Part shown: one piece after another, positions 1 through 9,060 of the stretch
Numbering within the stretch: the first letter of the stretch is position 1
Layout: each line of letters begins with the position of its first letter
Assembly (NCBI GenBank): GCA_029060545.1
Contig: JAIDTT010000001.1
Coordinates: 773-64,772, forward strand
Origin: Paramuribaculum sp.
GTDB taxonomy: Bacteria; Bacteroidota; Bacteroidia; Bacteroidales; Muribaculaceae
DNA: 64,000 nucleotides
Reading direction: 5' to 3'
The notes under the pieces: model-generated
What the model saw: the letters and a program-made list of their open reading frames with translations, nothing else
Told to the model about the DNA's origin: nothing
The model's database searches: none
Program-made: the position numbers and the translations under genes

Positions 1-277
1 CGGTCACCACCGGGCAACCGAAAGTATCGCGCACTTTGGCCAGTATGGTCAGCGCCTCAAGATCGCCGATTCCGGTGAAGGAGTCGATGCGCGAGCGATT
101 GGCCTTGCGGTAAGATCCCTTAAATATGTAAGGTATGCCGAGACGGTCGGTGACTTCGACAATTTTCTCAGCAATATCGAGAGCCATCTTCTCCCCTTCG
201 ATCACGCAAGGGCCTGCGAGAAGGAAAAAGTTGTCGGAGGGAGAGAGTGAGCGGATTATTTCTTTAGCGGATTTCAT
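1..277 (-). CDS. kdsA: 3-deoxy-8-phosphooctulonate (KDO8P) synthase, 5' part; runs off the window edge
   Basis: Not in the ORF track. Manual translation of the minus strand from ATG 277 gives MKSAKEIIRSLSPSDNFFLLAGPCVIEGEKMALDIAEKIVEVTDRLGIPYIFKGSYRKANRSRIDSFTGIG, with the KdsA motifs AGPCVIE and KxSYxKANRS. Confidence 0.93.
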   Translation of the reverse strand, partial: MKSAKEIIRSLSPSDNFFLLAGPCVIEGEKMALDIAEKIVEVTDRLGIPYIFKGSYRKANRSRIDSFTGIGDLEALTILAKVRDTFGCPVVT

Positions 278-281
278 ATTC

Positions 282-1004
282 TTAATTCTTTGACATTATC
301 TGATTTACGATATGCAGGGTGGTGCAGGCGGCGAGAGCGGCCGTCTCTGTACGCAGGCGTGTGTCGCCGAGGCTTACCGGCACCCAGTCGGCAGCGATGA
401 GCGCTTCTACCTCGTCGGGGGTAAAGTCGCCTTCCGGACCGATCATGATTGCGGTGTCGGTATCAGGGCGACTGAGACGGCTGAGTAGTCCGCGCGGAGC
501 CACATCGTCGCTGCAGTAGGCCACGAAGCGTTGTGCCTCATCGCCGAGCGTCTTGATCACCTGCGGCAGGGGAGTGGCGGGCATTATCTCCGGCACTACG
601 CTCTTGAGCGACTGCTTGGCGGCCGACACTGCGATCTTTGCGAGGCGCTCGATCTTCACCTCGCGGCGCACGGAGCGCTTGCATACCATCGGTATGATGC
701 GGCTCACACCAACTTCAGTGAGCTTCTCCACGAGCCATTCCATACGGTCCATATTCTTGGTCGGCGCTACGGCCACAGTGATATCGTAGGTCCACGGCAG
801 GGGAGAGGCCACTACCTCCTCTATATCGACACTCACCCCGCGATGGTCAGCATCGGTGATGATGGCGCGGATGCGGTTGCCGCGGCCGTCGATAGCTTCT
901 ATCCGGTCGCCGGCGCGCATACGGAGCACCTTCGCACAATGGTGCGACTCCTCTGGTGGAAGCATACCTGTGGTGAGTATGTCGGGCGCGTGAAATATGA
1001 TCAT
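282..1004 (-). CDS. rsmE: 16S rRNA m3U1498 methyltransferase
   Basis: HCAKVLRM, MEWLVEKLTEVGV and IGPEGDFT...LGDTRLRTETA (SPOUT RsmE motifs). Start moved from 1067 to ATG 1004 (MIIFHAP) to avoid overlap with the permease. Confidence 0.92.
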   Translation of the reverse strand: MIIFHAPDILTTGMLPPEESHHCAKVLRMRAGDRIEAIDGRGNRIRAIITDADHRGVSVDIEEVVASPLPWTYDITVAVAPTKNMDRMEWLVEKLTEVGVSRIIPMVCKRSVRREVKIERLAKIAVSAAKQSLKSVVPEIMPATPLPQVIKTLGDEAQRFVAYCSDDVAPRGLLSRLSRPDTDTAIMIGPEGDFTPDEVEALIAADWVPVSLGDTRLRTETAALAACTTLHIVNQIMSKN

Positions 1005-1014
1005 TGTATTAGGA

Positions 1015-2367
1015 TTACATTTCCACAAGTCCGTCGGGCGATACCGGAGCGTCGGCCATATCTTCACGGATCTCCCGCGGAGTGACTTTCTTGGATGGAT
1101 TCTTGAATATGATCATAAATAGCACCGCTACCACGAGAGCGTAGCCTGCGAAAATATACCATGCGGTTGACCATCCCGATGTAAGAGCCTCCGATTGAGC
1201 GGTTGTGAGCATTTCACCCGGGTTGAGTTGAAACGAAGGTACGAAATGATCGATCACGGCCTGAGCTCCGAGTGTACCTATCGTGGCACCGATTCCATTG
1301 GTCATCAGCATAAAGAGACCCTGAGCGCTGCTACGGATAGAATTGTCGGTCTTTTGGTCTACGTAGAGCGACCCCGACACATTGAAAAAGTCGAAAGCGA
1401 TACCGTAGACTATCATCGAGAGGATAAAGAGCCATACACCCGAGCCGGGATTACCGAGGCCGAAGAAGCCGAATCGGAATACCCAGGCAAACATTGACAT
1501 AAGCATTACTACTTTGATGCCGAATCGCTTCAGGAAGAAGGGTATGAGCAGGATGCAGAGGGTCTCGCTCATCTGCGAGAGCGAAATGAGAGCGTTGGCA
1601 TTGTTGGCGCCGAACGAATCTGCAAAGAGAGTCATATCCTTGAAACTCTTGATGAAGGGATTGGCAAAACCATTGGTAATCTGGAGCGATACGCCGAGGA
1701 GCATCGAGAAGATGAAGAAGAAAGCCATCTGGCGATCTTTGAAAAGCTTGAAAGCATTCAGTCCGAGTGTCTCCGAGAGCGACTTCGAGGCATCCTTATT
1801 GACGGGGCACGGAGGCATCGTAAGAGCATAGAGCGCAAGTACAAAGCTCAGAACTCCGGATGTGAGAAGTTGTCCGTAGGAATCCTGATAACCGGTGAAG
1901 TTGGAAAAGAGCATGGCGCAGATGAAGCCTACCGTACCGAACACACGGATTGGCGGAAAATGTTTCACCGTATCGAGCCGCGCCCGGTTGAGTGCCGAAT
2001 ATGCCACTGAGTTGGCAAGGCCGATAGTCGGCATAAAGAAAGCGACGGAGAAAGAATAGAGAGTAAACAGAGGGCCGAATTCGACTGTAGTTGCAGACAT
2101 GGCATACAGGCCGGCACCGAGCATACACGCGCCGGCTATGGTATGGCACAGGCTCAGCATCTTCTGTGCCGGAATCCAGCGGTCGGCCACGATACCCACG
2201 AGAGCCGGCATAAATATAGAGACGATACCCTGAATGGCATAAAATATTCCGATCTTCTGAGCAAGTCCTATCTCATACAGGTAGCTGCCCAAAGAGGTAA
2301 GATAGGCTCCCCATACGGCGAACTCGAGGAAGTTCATCACCGAGAGTTTTACTTTGATTGCTGACAT
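1015..2367 (-). CDS. MFS nucleoside:H+ symporter (NupG/XapB family)
   Basis: 12 hydrophobic segments; KLSVMNFLEFAVWGAY, FPPIRVFGTVGF and SAQGLFMLMTNGIG are typical of NupG-like permeases. Confidence 0.85.
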   Translation of the reverse strand: MSAIKVKLSVMNFLEFAVWGAYLTSLGSYLYEIGLAQKIGIFYAIQGIVSIFMPALVGIVADRWIPAQKMLSLCHTIAGACMLGAGLYAMSATTVEFGPLFTLYSFSVAFFMPTIGLANSVAYSALNRARLDTVKHFPPIRVFGTVGFICAMLFSNFTGYQDSYGQLLTSGVLSFVLALYALTMPPCPVNKDASKSLSETLGLNAFKLFKDRQMAFFFIFSMLLGVSLQITNGFANPFIKSFKDMTLFADSFGANNANALISLSQMSETLCILLIPFFLKRFGIKVVMLMSMFAWVFRFGFFGLGNPGSGVWLFILSMIVYGIAFDFFNVSGSLYVDQKTDNSIRSSAQGLFMLMTNGIGATIGTLGAQAVIDHFVPSFQLNPGEMLTTAQSEALTSGWSTAWYIFAGYALVVAVLFMIIFKNPSKKVTPREIREDMADAPVSPDGLVEM

Positions 2368-2415
2368 GGCTTATTATGATTTTTAGGATTATAATTTTTC
2401 AGATTCATTCAGTAA

Positions 2416-3042
2416 CTATTGGCCGCGTTTGCGCTTTAGTATCTCGTTGACGCGGGCTGCCTCCTCGTAGTTCTCCTTCTCGATGAGCCGTGCGAGTGTG
2501 CGTTCGAGTTCTTCGACGGTGAAGTTTTCGAGTCGCGAGTATGGCGAATCATCTGTCGGAGTATCTTCCGAATATGTTGGCGCTCCCTCGGCGGCCTGAG
2601 CATCATCAGTCCCGTCGCCGGTGTGGGTATCCATCACGAATCCCGTCTCTTCAAGAATCTCGGGAGTAGTGTAGATGGGGGCGCCGGTGCGCATCGCTAT
2701 GGCTATGGCGTCGGATGTGCGGGAGTCTATGCGGATCACCCTGTCGTCGGAAGCAAACGTGAGCTCTGAGGAGAAGATACCGTCTTCAAACCGATATATG
2801 AATACCTCCTTGAGCCGGATGCCGAAAGCATGGGCGAAGCTCACGAAGAGGTCGTGGGTCATCGGGCGCGGAGGGGTGATGCTCTCCATCCGCATGGCTA
2901 TCGACTGAGCCTCGGCGGCGCCTATCACTACCGGAATGCGGTAGGGGCCATTGACTTGTGCTAAAATCAGCGCGTAAGCTCCCGACTGAATCTGGGAGTA
3001 GGAAATGCCGAGCACTGTGAGGCGGATTCGATCTTGACTCAT
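2416..3042 (-). CDS. Bifunctional nuclease family (DUF151) protein with a C-terminal UVR domain
   Basis: [32 protein letters not shown] (DUF151); C-terminal [24 protein letters not shown] (UvrB/UvrC motif). Confidence 0.85.
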   Translation of the reverse strand: MSQDRIRLTVLGISYSQIQSGAYALILAQVNGPYRIPVVIGAAEAQSIAMRMESITPPRPMTHDLFVSFAHAFGIRLKEVFIYRFEDGIFSSELTFASDDRVIRIDSRTSDAIAIAMRTGAPIYTTPEILEETGFVMDTHTGDGTDDAQAAEGAPTYSEDTPTDDSPYSRLENFTVEELERTLARLIEKENYEEAARVNEILKRKRGQ

Positions 3043-4148
3043 TGCGGTAGGGTGATGATGGTATTACTCTGATGGGATTGGGCTTCGGCGGTGATCACTC
3101 CGCTGCCGAGGCAGAGACGCGCCGCCGGATCGTAGATCACGGCAAACTGGCCGGGGGCGATACCCTGCACGCGCTGTTCGCTCTCGATGATATAGTTGCC
3201 GGCGTCGGTGCGGGTGAGTGTGCCCTTGAGGAATTCCGGTGTATGGCGGTTCTTGAATCGGATATCCACGGCAGAGCATTCGCCCGGCCACGGATCTTCT
3301 GTGATCCAGTGCATGTGCTCCAGATTTAGCCTGCGGCCATACTGCTTTTCGGTGTCGAAGCCACACGACACATATATCACATTGTCGTGGACATTCTTGC
3401 GCACCACATACCAGGGGCCTCCACTCAGGCCGAGTCCCTTGCGCTGACCGATCGTATGGAACCAGAATCCGCGGTGGGTGCCGAGCTTGCGTCCCGTCTC
3501 CAGCTCGATGATCGGGCCCGGCTTCTCGCCGAGATGACGGCGCAGAAAGTCGTTGTAGTTGATTTTGCCCAGGAAGCAGATGCCCTGACTGTCGCGGCGC
3601 ATAGCGTTGGGCAGACCGGCCTCTATAGCTATCTCACGTACACGAGGCTTGGGCATCGAGCCTATGGGAAAGATCAGATGACTCAGCTGAGAGTAGTCGA
3701 TACGGGCGAGGAAGTCGGTCTGATCCTTCACCAGATCCACTCCGGTGCCGAGATACACCTTGCCATCGATAACGTGTGTAGTGGCGTAGTGGCCTGTGGC
3801 AGTCTTGTCGAACTCATGACCCCACCGTTGCTCGAAAAATCCGAACTTGATGATTTTGTTGCACATCACGTCGGGATTGGGGGTGAATCCCTCGCGTACA
3901 TTGCGCAGGGCGTATTCCATCACGTGCTCCCAATACTCTTCGTGGAGCGACACTACCTCAAAGGGCAATCCGTAGCGTCGGGCTATATAGCTGCACATCT
4001 CGATATCCTCCTCGGCCGAGCAGTCGCCACGGCCGTCGTCCATTCCGATACGGATGTAGAAGAGATGGAGGTCGTGACCCTCCTCCACGAGCTGATGCAC
4101 GGCTACCGCGCTGTCTACACCTCCTGATATGAGTACGGCTATTTTCAT
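3039..4148 (-). CDS. mnmA: tRNA 2-thiouridylase
   Basis: SGGVDS PP-loop, [45 protein letters not shown]. Its stop overlaps the DUF151 start (ATGA). Confidence 0.96.
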   Translation of the reverse strand: MKIAVLISGGVDSAVAVHQLVEEGHDLHLFYIRIGMDDGRGDCSAEEDIEMCSYIARRYGLPFEVVSLHEEYWEHVMEYALRNVREGFTPNPDVMCNKIIKFGFFEQRWGHEFDKTATGHYATTHVIDGKVYLGTGVDLVKDQTDFLARIDYSQLSHLIFPIGSMPKPRVREIAIEAGLPNAMRRDSQGICFLGKINYNDFLRRHLGEKPGPIIELETGRKLGTHRGFWFHTIGQRKGLGLSGGPWYVVRKNVHDNVIYVSCGFDTEKQYGRRLNLEHMHWITEDPWPGECSAVDIRFKNRHTPEFLKGTLTRTDAGNYIIESEQRVQGIAPGQFAVIYDPAARLCLGSGVITAEAQSHQSNTIITLPQ

Positions 4149-4154
4149 ACTGCG

Positions 4155-4667
4155 CTATACCTCGTCGAGTTCCTCCTTCTCATCCTTACCCTGACGGGAG
4201 ATAAGGTAGATGGATATGATATAATCGAGAGAGATCTTGCCGGGACCTGCAAGGAGCAGAAACAGGTATATGCCGATAAACATCACTGGTAGATAGCCCG
4301 GCTGGGTACTGTCGAGTCCATACGACGAGATGTGGGGGAGCATATCATGTAGGATATAAAACTCCGCAGCCATCATCGACAGGATGGGGGGAATGGTGGA
4401 TAGGCGTGTAAGGAAGCCCACCATGATGAAGAGCGAGCACACGAGCTCGATGATGATCATGAGTATGAGGCAGGCGGCAGGGCTCATACCAAGTATGGTG
4501 GGGAATGTTGGAGCCATCTCGTGGTAATTGACCAAATGACGGATACCGAACTGCATAAACATGATGCCTACGAAGAGACGCATGAAGAGACGGGCCAGAT
4601 TACTGTATGTGTATCCGGAAAATCTCACGAAGAGACGTGCTGCAAATTCTTTGATAGAGTTCATCAT
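4155..4667 (-). CDS. DoxX family membrane protein
   Basis: Four TM segments; LFMRLFVGIMFMQFG, IELVCSLFIMVGFLTR, GPGKISLD. Confidence 0.85.
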   Translation of the reverse strand: MMNSIKEFAARLFVRFSGYTYSNLARLFMRLFVGIMFMQFGIRHLVNYHEMAPTFPTILGMSPAACLILMIIIELVCSLFIMVGFLTRLSTIPPILSMMAAEFYILHDMLPHISSYGLDSTQPGYLPVMFIGIYLFLLLAGPGKISLDYIISIYLISRQGKDEKEELDEV

Positions 4668-4676
4668 CAGGGCGGA

Positions 4677-5648
4677 TTAAAGTTGTGGTTCGGATTGAGG
4701 TTCGGCAGCCGGTGATTTGGTGCGGTTGCGGTTGAAGGCGCTTGGGGCGTGGCCGCTCACCTGAGCCAGACGGCCGAGAATGTCTATCACCTCGTTGACG
4801 TCGCCGGTCACCACCAGTATAGAGCCGTCGCGGTTGAGGATATAGAAGAGAGGCGACTGGCGTATATCCCAGTCCTGATCAGCATCGGGAGCGGCGCCGG
4901 TCTTCCAAGTCTCGGGATACGACACGGCGCTTTGCAGCCATTCGGCATCAGCGTCGCCGGGATAGATGGAGTAGAAGTCGATGATGCCCTTTTCGATTAC
5001 CGTACGCGACAAAATGTCGGCATCGATGCGGAGGCGAGCCATAGAGCATCCTGAGCAGTCGGGGTCGTTGAAGAAGATTATGGCTCCGGCCTTGGTGGTG
5101 TCGGGCGCGAAAGTATACTCAGTGCCTATCGGGTCAGTGTAGGTAAGCTTCGGGGCGGGCTGGCCGGACTGAGAGCCTTCGAGCACATGCTTCTGGTGTG
5201 CATAGCGCAGCTTCATGTTCTTGTCTACTTTCTTGTTGGCCAGCAGTTCGTCGAGAAACATCAGGTAGAGTTGATCGGAAGCCAGCGCAGCCGTATCGCT
5301 GTAGAATGTCTGTTCTGCTATATCGGCCACGAACTGCACCGGTTCCTTGCTCGTGGATACTTTCTTCATAAAAGAAGATATGGAGCTTTTCACGCCGTCG
5401 ACAGTGCCGTAGGGCATCAGGCTGAAATAGTCTATTACCGCGCCGCGGAAGCGGTCGCGTGCGGAGAATGCTTTCTTTACGTCGCAGAAGTCCCAGTAGT
5501 GGGCGAGCAGATAATCCGTTCGGTCGTAGAGCAGTACGATGGAGTCCGGCACTACCGGCATTTGGAACAGGGGCTGCTGTGGAGCTTGCGATCTGGCGTT
5601 GAAAGCCGTCACGGCAAGCAGCAGGAGTGTGATTATTTTAAATTTCAT
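4677..5648 (-). CDS. Exported DUF5106-like protein with a C-terminal thioredoxin-like domain (CxxC)
   Basis: Signal peptide (AFNARS-Q); DYLLAHYWDF; FFNDPDCSGC CxxC motif followed by DWDIRQSPLFYILNRDG. Confidence 0.75.
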   Translation of the reverse strand: MKFKIITLLLLAVTAFNARSQAPQQPLFQMPVVPDSIVLLYDRTDYLLAHYWDFCDVKKAFSARDRFRGAVIDYFSLMPYGTVDGVKSSISSFMKKVSTSKEPVQFVADIAEQTFYSDTAALASDQLYLMFLDELLANKKVDKNMKLRYAHQKHVLEGSQSGQPAPKLTYTDPIGTEYTFAPDTTKAGAIIFFNDPDCSGCSMARLRIDADILSRTVIEKGIIDFYSIYPGDADAEWLQSAVSYPETWKTGAAPDADQDWDIRQSPLFYILNRDGSILVVTGDVNEVIDILGRLAQVSGHAPSAFNRNRTKSPAAEPQSEPQL

Positions 5649-5673
5649 AGGATTGTCAGTTTGTAGAAAAAAC

Positions 5674-5690
5674 TTGGCACGGGTTTTGCA
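5674..5690 (+). promoter_or_regulatory. Sigma-54 (RpoN) -24/-12 promoter upstream of clpB
   Basis: TTGGCACGGGTTTTGCA matches the consensus YTGGCACGrNNNTTGCW, with GG at 5676-77 and GC at 5688-89 (exact GG-N10-GC spacing). Intergenic and oriented toward clpB. Confidence 0.75.
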
Positions 5691-5708
5691 ATTATAGTTT
5701 TACAATTA

Positions 5709-5716
5709 CAAAAGTA
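5709..5716 (-). promoter_or_regulatory. Bacteroidota primary-sigma -7 element for the leftward DUF5106...kdsA operon
   Basis: Minus strand TACTTTTG = TAnnTTTG, about 60 nt upstream of ATG 5648. Confidence 0.6.
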
Positions 5717-5841
5717 ACAAAAAAACGTGTGATATATAAGGGGCGACACAAAAAATACATAGTCGCAATTCAACATTCCTCCGCCGGGGATTGTTAAGAT
5801 TATGTCACACCGATTGATCAAACTATTTATTATACCACGAT

Positions 5842-8433
5842 ATGAACTTCAATAATTTTACAATTAAATCGCAGGAAGCCATCCAGAAAGCTCTCGAATA
5901 TGCCAAGGAATCGGGCAATCAGGCCATCGAGCCGGTCCACATTCTCAAGGGTGTATTGAGCGAGGGTGAGTCGGTGGTGAAATTTATATTTGCCAAAGTA
6001 GGCGCCAACCTCAATCAGCTTAGCGCCGCAGTGGATCGCGAGATTTCTACCCTGGCCAAGGTGTCGGGTGGCAGCGATCCGTATCTGAGCCGCTACAGCA
6101 ACGACGTGCTGCAGCGATCGCTCGACATAGCCAAGCAACAGGGCGACCAGTATGTCACTCTTGAGGCTATCCTGTTGGCACTCTTTGAAGTAGCATCACC
6201 GGCCTCAACTATAATGAAGGATGCCGGCATGAGCGAAAAGGAGATGAAGGCCGCCATCGAGGAGCTTCGTAAGGGTAAGAAGGCTACCGATCAGGGAGCT
6301 GAAGATACTTATAATGCTCTTTCTAAATATGCAATCAATCTCAACGAGCGCGCACGCTCCGGAAAGTTAGATCCGGTTATCGGCCGCGACGACGAGATAC
6401 GCCGTGTGCTTCAGATTCTGTCGCGCCGTACTAAAAACAATCCTATGCTCATCGGTGAGCCCGGTACCGGTAAGACCGCTATTGCCGAAGGTCTCGCCCA
6501 GCGTATAGTGCGCGGCGACGTGCCCGAGAATCTGCGCTCCAAGCAGATCTTCTCCCTCGATATGGGTGCGCTCGTGGCCGGTGCGAAATACAAGGGCGAA
6601 TTTGAGGAACGCCTCAAAGCCATCGTCAACGAGGTGACCCAGAGCGATGGAGAGATCATCCTCTTCATCGATGAGATCCACACTCTCGTGGGTGCCGGCA
6701 AGGGTGAAGGAGCCATGGACGCTGCCAATATCCTCAAGCCTGCGCTTGCCCGCGGTGAGCTCCGTAGCATCGGTGCCACCACGCTCGACGAGTATCAGAA
6801 ATATTTTGAGAAAGACAAGGCGCTCGAACGCCGATTCCAGAAGGTTATGGTCGACGAGCCCGACGAGATGAGTGCCATCGCCATACTCCGCGGTCTGAAA
6901 GAGCGCTATGAGAATCACCATAAGGTACGTATCCGCGATGAGGCGATTATCGCCGCCGTACAGCTCTCGGAGCGCTATATCACCGACCGCTTCCTTCCCG
7001 ACAAGGCTATCGACCTCGTGGATGAAGCAGCCTCGAAGCTCCGTCTCGAAATCGACTCCGTGCCTCAGGCTCTCGACGAAATCACCCGCGCGATAGCGCA
7101 GAAAGAAATTGAACGTGAGGCTATAAAGCGTGAGGGCGACAAGGAGAAGGTGAAAGAGATTGAAAAGGATATCGCTTCGCTCCGGGAGGAGGAGAAGGAA
7201 TATACCGCCAAGTGGCGTGCCGAAAAGGATCTTATCAACCGCATCCAGCAGAATAAGATCGATATCGAGCAACTTAACTTCGACGCTGACCGCGCCGAGC
7301 GAGAGGGCGACTATGCCAAAGTGGCAGAGATCCGCTACTCTAAGGTGCAGGAGAAGGAGCGCGAAAACGCCGAGATTCAGGAACAGCTCCACATGATGCA
7401 GGGCGAGAAAGCTCTGATCAAAGAGGAAGTCGACGCCGAGGATATAGCCGATGTAGTATCGCGCTGGACCGGTATTCCCGTCAATAAGATGGTCCAGAGT
7501 GAAAAAGAGAAGTTGCTGCATCTTGAGGATGAACTTCACAACCGTGTGGTTGGTCAGGACGAGGCTATCAGCGCCATCGCCGACGCCGTGCGCCGCTCGC
7601 GTGCGGGCCTCAACGACCCGCGCCGACCGATCGGTTCGTTTATATTCTTAGGTACTACCGGCGTAGGTAAGACTGAGCTCGCAAAGGCTTTGGCAGAATA
7701 CCTCTTTGACGACGAGAATATGATGACCCGTATCGATATGAGCGAGTATCAGGAGAAACACACCGTGAGCCGACTGGTAGGAGCGCCTCCCGGATACGTA
7801 GGTTACGACGAAGGTGGTCAGCTCTCCGAGGCCGTGCGTCGCAAACCATATTCGGTAGTGCTATTCGATGAGATCGAGAAGGCTCACCCCGATGTGTTCA
7901 ACATCCTTCTGCAGGTGCTTGACGACGGCCGACTCACCGACAACAAGGGTCGATTGGTCAACTTCAAGAACACTATCATCATCATGACCTCAAATATGGG
8001 ATCGTCAGTGATCCGCGACAACTTCGCCAAGATGACCGATGAAAACCGCTTCGAGACTATCGAGAAGACAAAAGGAGAAGTGATAGAGATGCTCAAGCAG
8101 ACTATCCGCCCCGAGTTCCTCAACCGTATCGACGAGACGATAATGTTTACCCCTCTCAACGAGAAAGAGATCGAGGAGATCGTAGGCCTCCAGATACGTG
8201 GTGTGCAGAAGATGCTCGCAACAAACGGTATTCAACTCGAAATCACTCCTGCAGCCATGCGATATCTCGCAGAAGAGGGTTATGATCCCGAGTTCGGTGC
8301 CCGCCCGGTGAAGAGAGCCATACACCGTCTGGTACTCAACCGTCTGTCAAAGGATATCCTGGCGCAGAAAGTTGACCGCGACAAGCCCATCATCATTGAT
8401 GTGAAAGATGATAATCTCGTATTCGAGAACTAA
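5842..8433 (+). CDS. clpB: ATP-dependent chaperone ClpB
   Basis: 863 aa; two AAA+ modules ([16 protein letters not shown]), [14 protein letters not shown], long coiled-coil middle domain, FGARP. Confidence 0.97.
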   Translation: MNFNNFTIKSQEAIQKALEYAKESGNQAIEPVHILKGVLSEGESVVKFIFAKVGANLNQLSAAVDREISTLAKVSGGSDPYLSRYSNDVLQRSLDIAKQQGDQYVTLEAILLALFEVASPASTIMKDAGMSEKEMKAAIEELRKGKKATDQGAEDTYNALSKYAINLNERARSGKLDPVIGRDDEIRRVLQILSRRTKNNPMLIGEPGTGKTAIAEGLAQRIVRGDVPENLRSKQIFSLDMGALVAGAKYKGEFEERLKAIVNEVTQSDGEIILFIDEIHTLVGAGKGEGAMDAANILKPALARGELRSIGATTLDEYQKYFEKDKALERRFQKVMVDEPDEMSAIAILRGLKERYENHHKVRIRDEAIIAAVQLSERYITDRFLPDKAIDLVDEAASKLRLEIDSVPQALDEITRAIAQKEIEREAIKREGDKEKVKEIEKDIASLREEEKEYTAKWRAEKDLINRIQQNKIDIEQLNFDADRAEREGDYAKVAEIRYSKVQEKERENAEIQEQLHMMQGEKALIKEEVDAEDIADVVSRWTGIPVNKMVQSEKEKLLHLEDELHNRVVGQDEAISAIADAVRRSRAGLNDPRRPIGSFIFLGTTGVGKTELAKALAEYLFDDENMMTRIDMSEYQEKHTVSRLVGAPPGYVGYDEGGQLSEAVRRKPYSVVLFDEIEKAHPDVFNILLQVLDDGRLTDNKGRLVNFKNTIIIMTSNMGSSVIRDNFAKMTDENRFETIEKTKGEVIEMLKQTIRPEFLNRIDETIMFTPLNEKEIEEIVGLQIRGVQKMLATNGIQLEITPAAMRYLAEEGYDPEFGARPVKRAIHRLVLNRLSKDILAQKVDRDKPIIIDVKDDNLVFEN

Positions 8434-8447
8434 ATGAAGACACACTT

Positions 8448-8469
8448 TGTTAACATTATATAGTTAACA
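8448..8469. promoter_or_regulatory. Palindromic candidate operator TGTTAAC-N8-GTTAACA
   Basis: Perfect 7-bp inverted repeat (8448-8454 / 8463-8469) in the 76-bp gap between clpB and the lipoprotein gene. Confidence 0.35.
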
Positions 8470-8509
8470 TAATCCCCAACGAATCAACCTTACTTAATCT
8501 GTCTCGAAT

Positions 8510-8992
8510 ATGAAAAAATTATTATCGATAGTAGCTCTGTTAGCCCTGTGTGTAGTGACCTTCTCGGCTTGTAGCGATGACGACGAGAAAGCTCCTCAGG
8601 TCACCCTCCACTTTACCTACGGTGACGCTGTGAAGGTAGTCAACACTGACCTCTATGTGGTCAAAGGCGATCCGTTCAGCATCGATGCCATCACCTGTCA
8701 GGCAGTGCGCCCCAACGGTGTGGCCATCATCACCGGCCCGGTCAACTATTGGCTCAACGATGTGCCGTTCGGCACGGCTTTCCAGTCGCCTTTCGGTATC
8801 ACTATCGCCACCGAGTCAATGCCGGTAGGTCGCTATCAGCTCACTATCCAGATGGGTCTCGCCGAAGAGGGTTGTGCCCTCGGCACTGCCGTGACAGCTC
8901 TTACGTTCAACGTGGTGGAGGATGTCGACCAGATACCCATCCCCGCGGGCGACGACTCGCAGACTCAGCCTGTAAGCTACTCGCTTAGATAA
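8510..8992 (+). CDS. Hypothetical lipoprotein, probably a surface-exposed Ig-like fold
   Basis: MKKLLSIVALLALCVVTFSA-C lipobox followed by the acidic SDDDEK, resembling the Bacteroidota lipoprotein export signal; beta-rich body. Confidence 0.8.
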   Translation: MKKLLSIVALLALCVVTFSACSDDDEKAPQVTLHFTYGDAVKVVNTDLYVVKGDPFSIDAITCQAVRPNGVAIITGPVNYWLNDVPFGTAFQSPFGITIATESMPVGRYQLTIQMGLAEEGCALGTAVTALTFNVVEDVDQIPIPAGDDSQTQPVSYSLR

Positions 8993-9020
8993 AGATCAAC
9001 CATACTTGACTTTTAGAAGG

Positions 9021-9057
9021 AAACCGCTCCCGTAGCCTGATGCTGCGAGAGCGGTTT
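9021..9057. terminator. Probable bidirectional intrinsic terminator between convergent genes
   Basis: AAACCGCTC (9021-29) pairs with GAGCGGTTT (9049-57), plus an inner CGTAGC/GCTGCG stem; A/T runs at both ends. Confidence 0.7.
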
Positions 9058-9060
9058 TCG

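Noticed and set aside
5727-5810. Calling the clpB leader a purine riboswitch
   Set aside because: The kissing-loop nucleotides and J2/3 core do not match, the spacing is about 11 nt too long, and clpB is not a purine gene. Kept only as an unassigned structured RNA.
6367-7539. Long antisense ORFs opposite clpB, and similar ones at 20790-21833, 25390-26544, 33215-34093, 45536-46459, 60025-60842 and 61763-62734
   Set aside because: All lie opposite well-supported conserved genes, in the pattern expected from codon bias; no domain motifs or start context.
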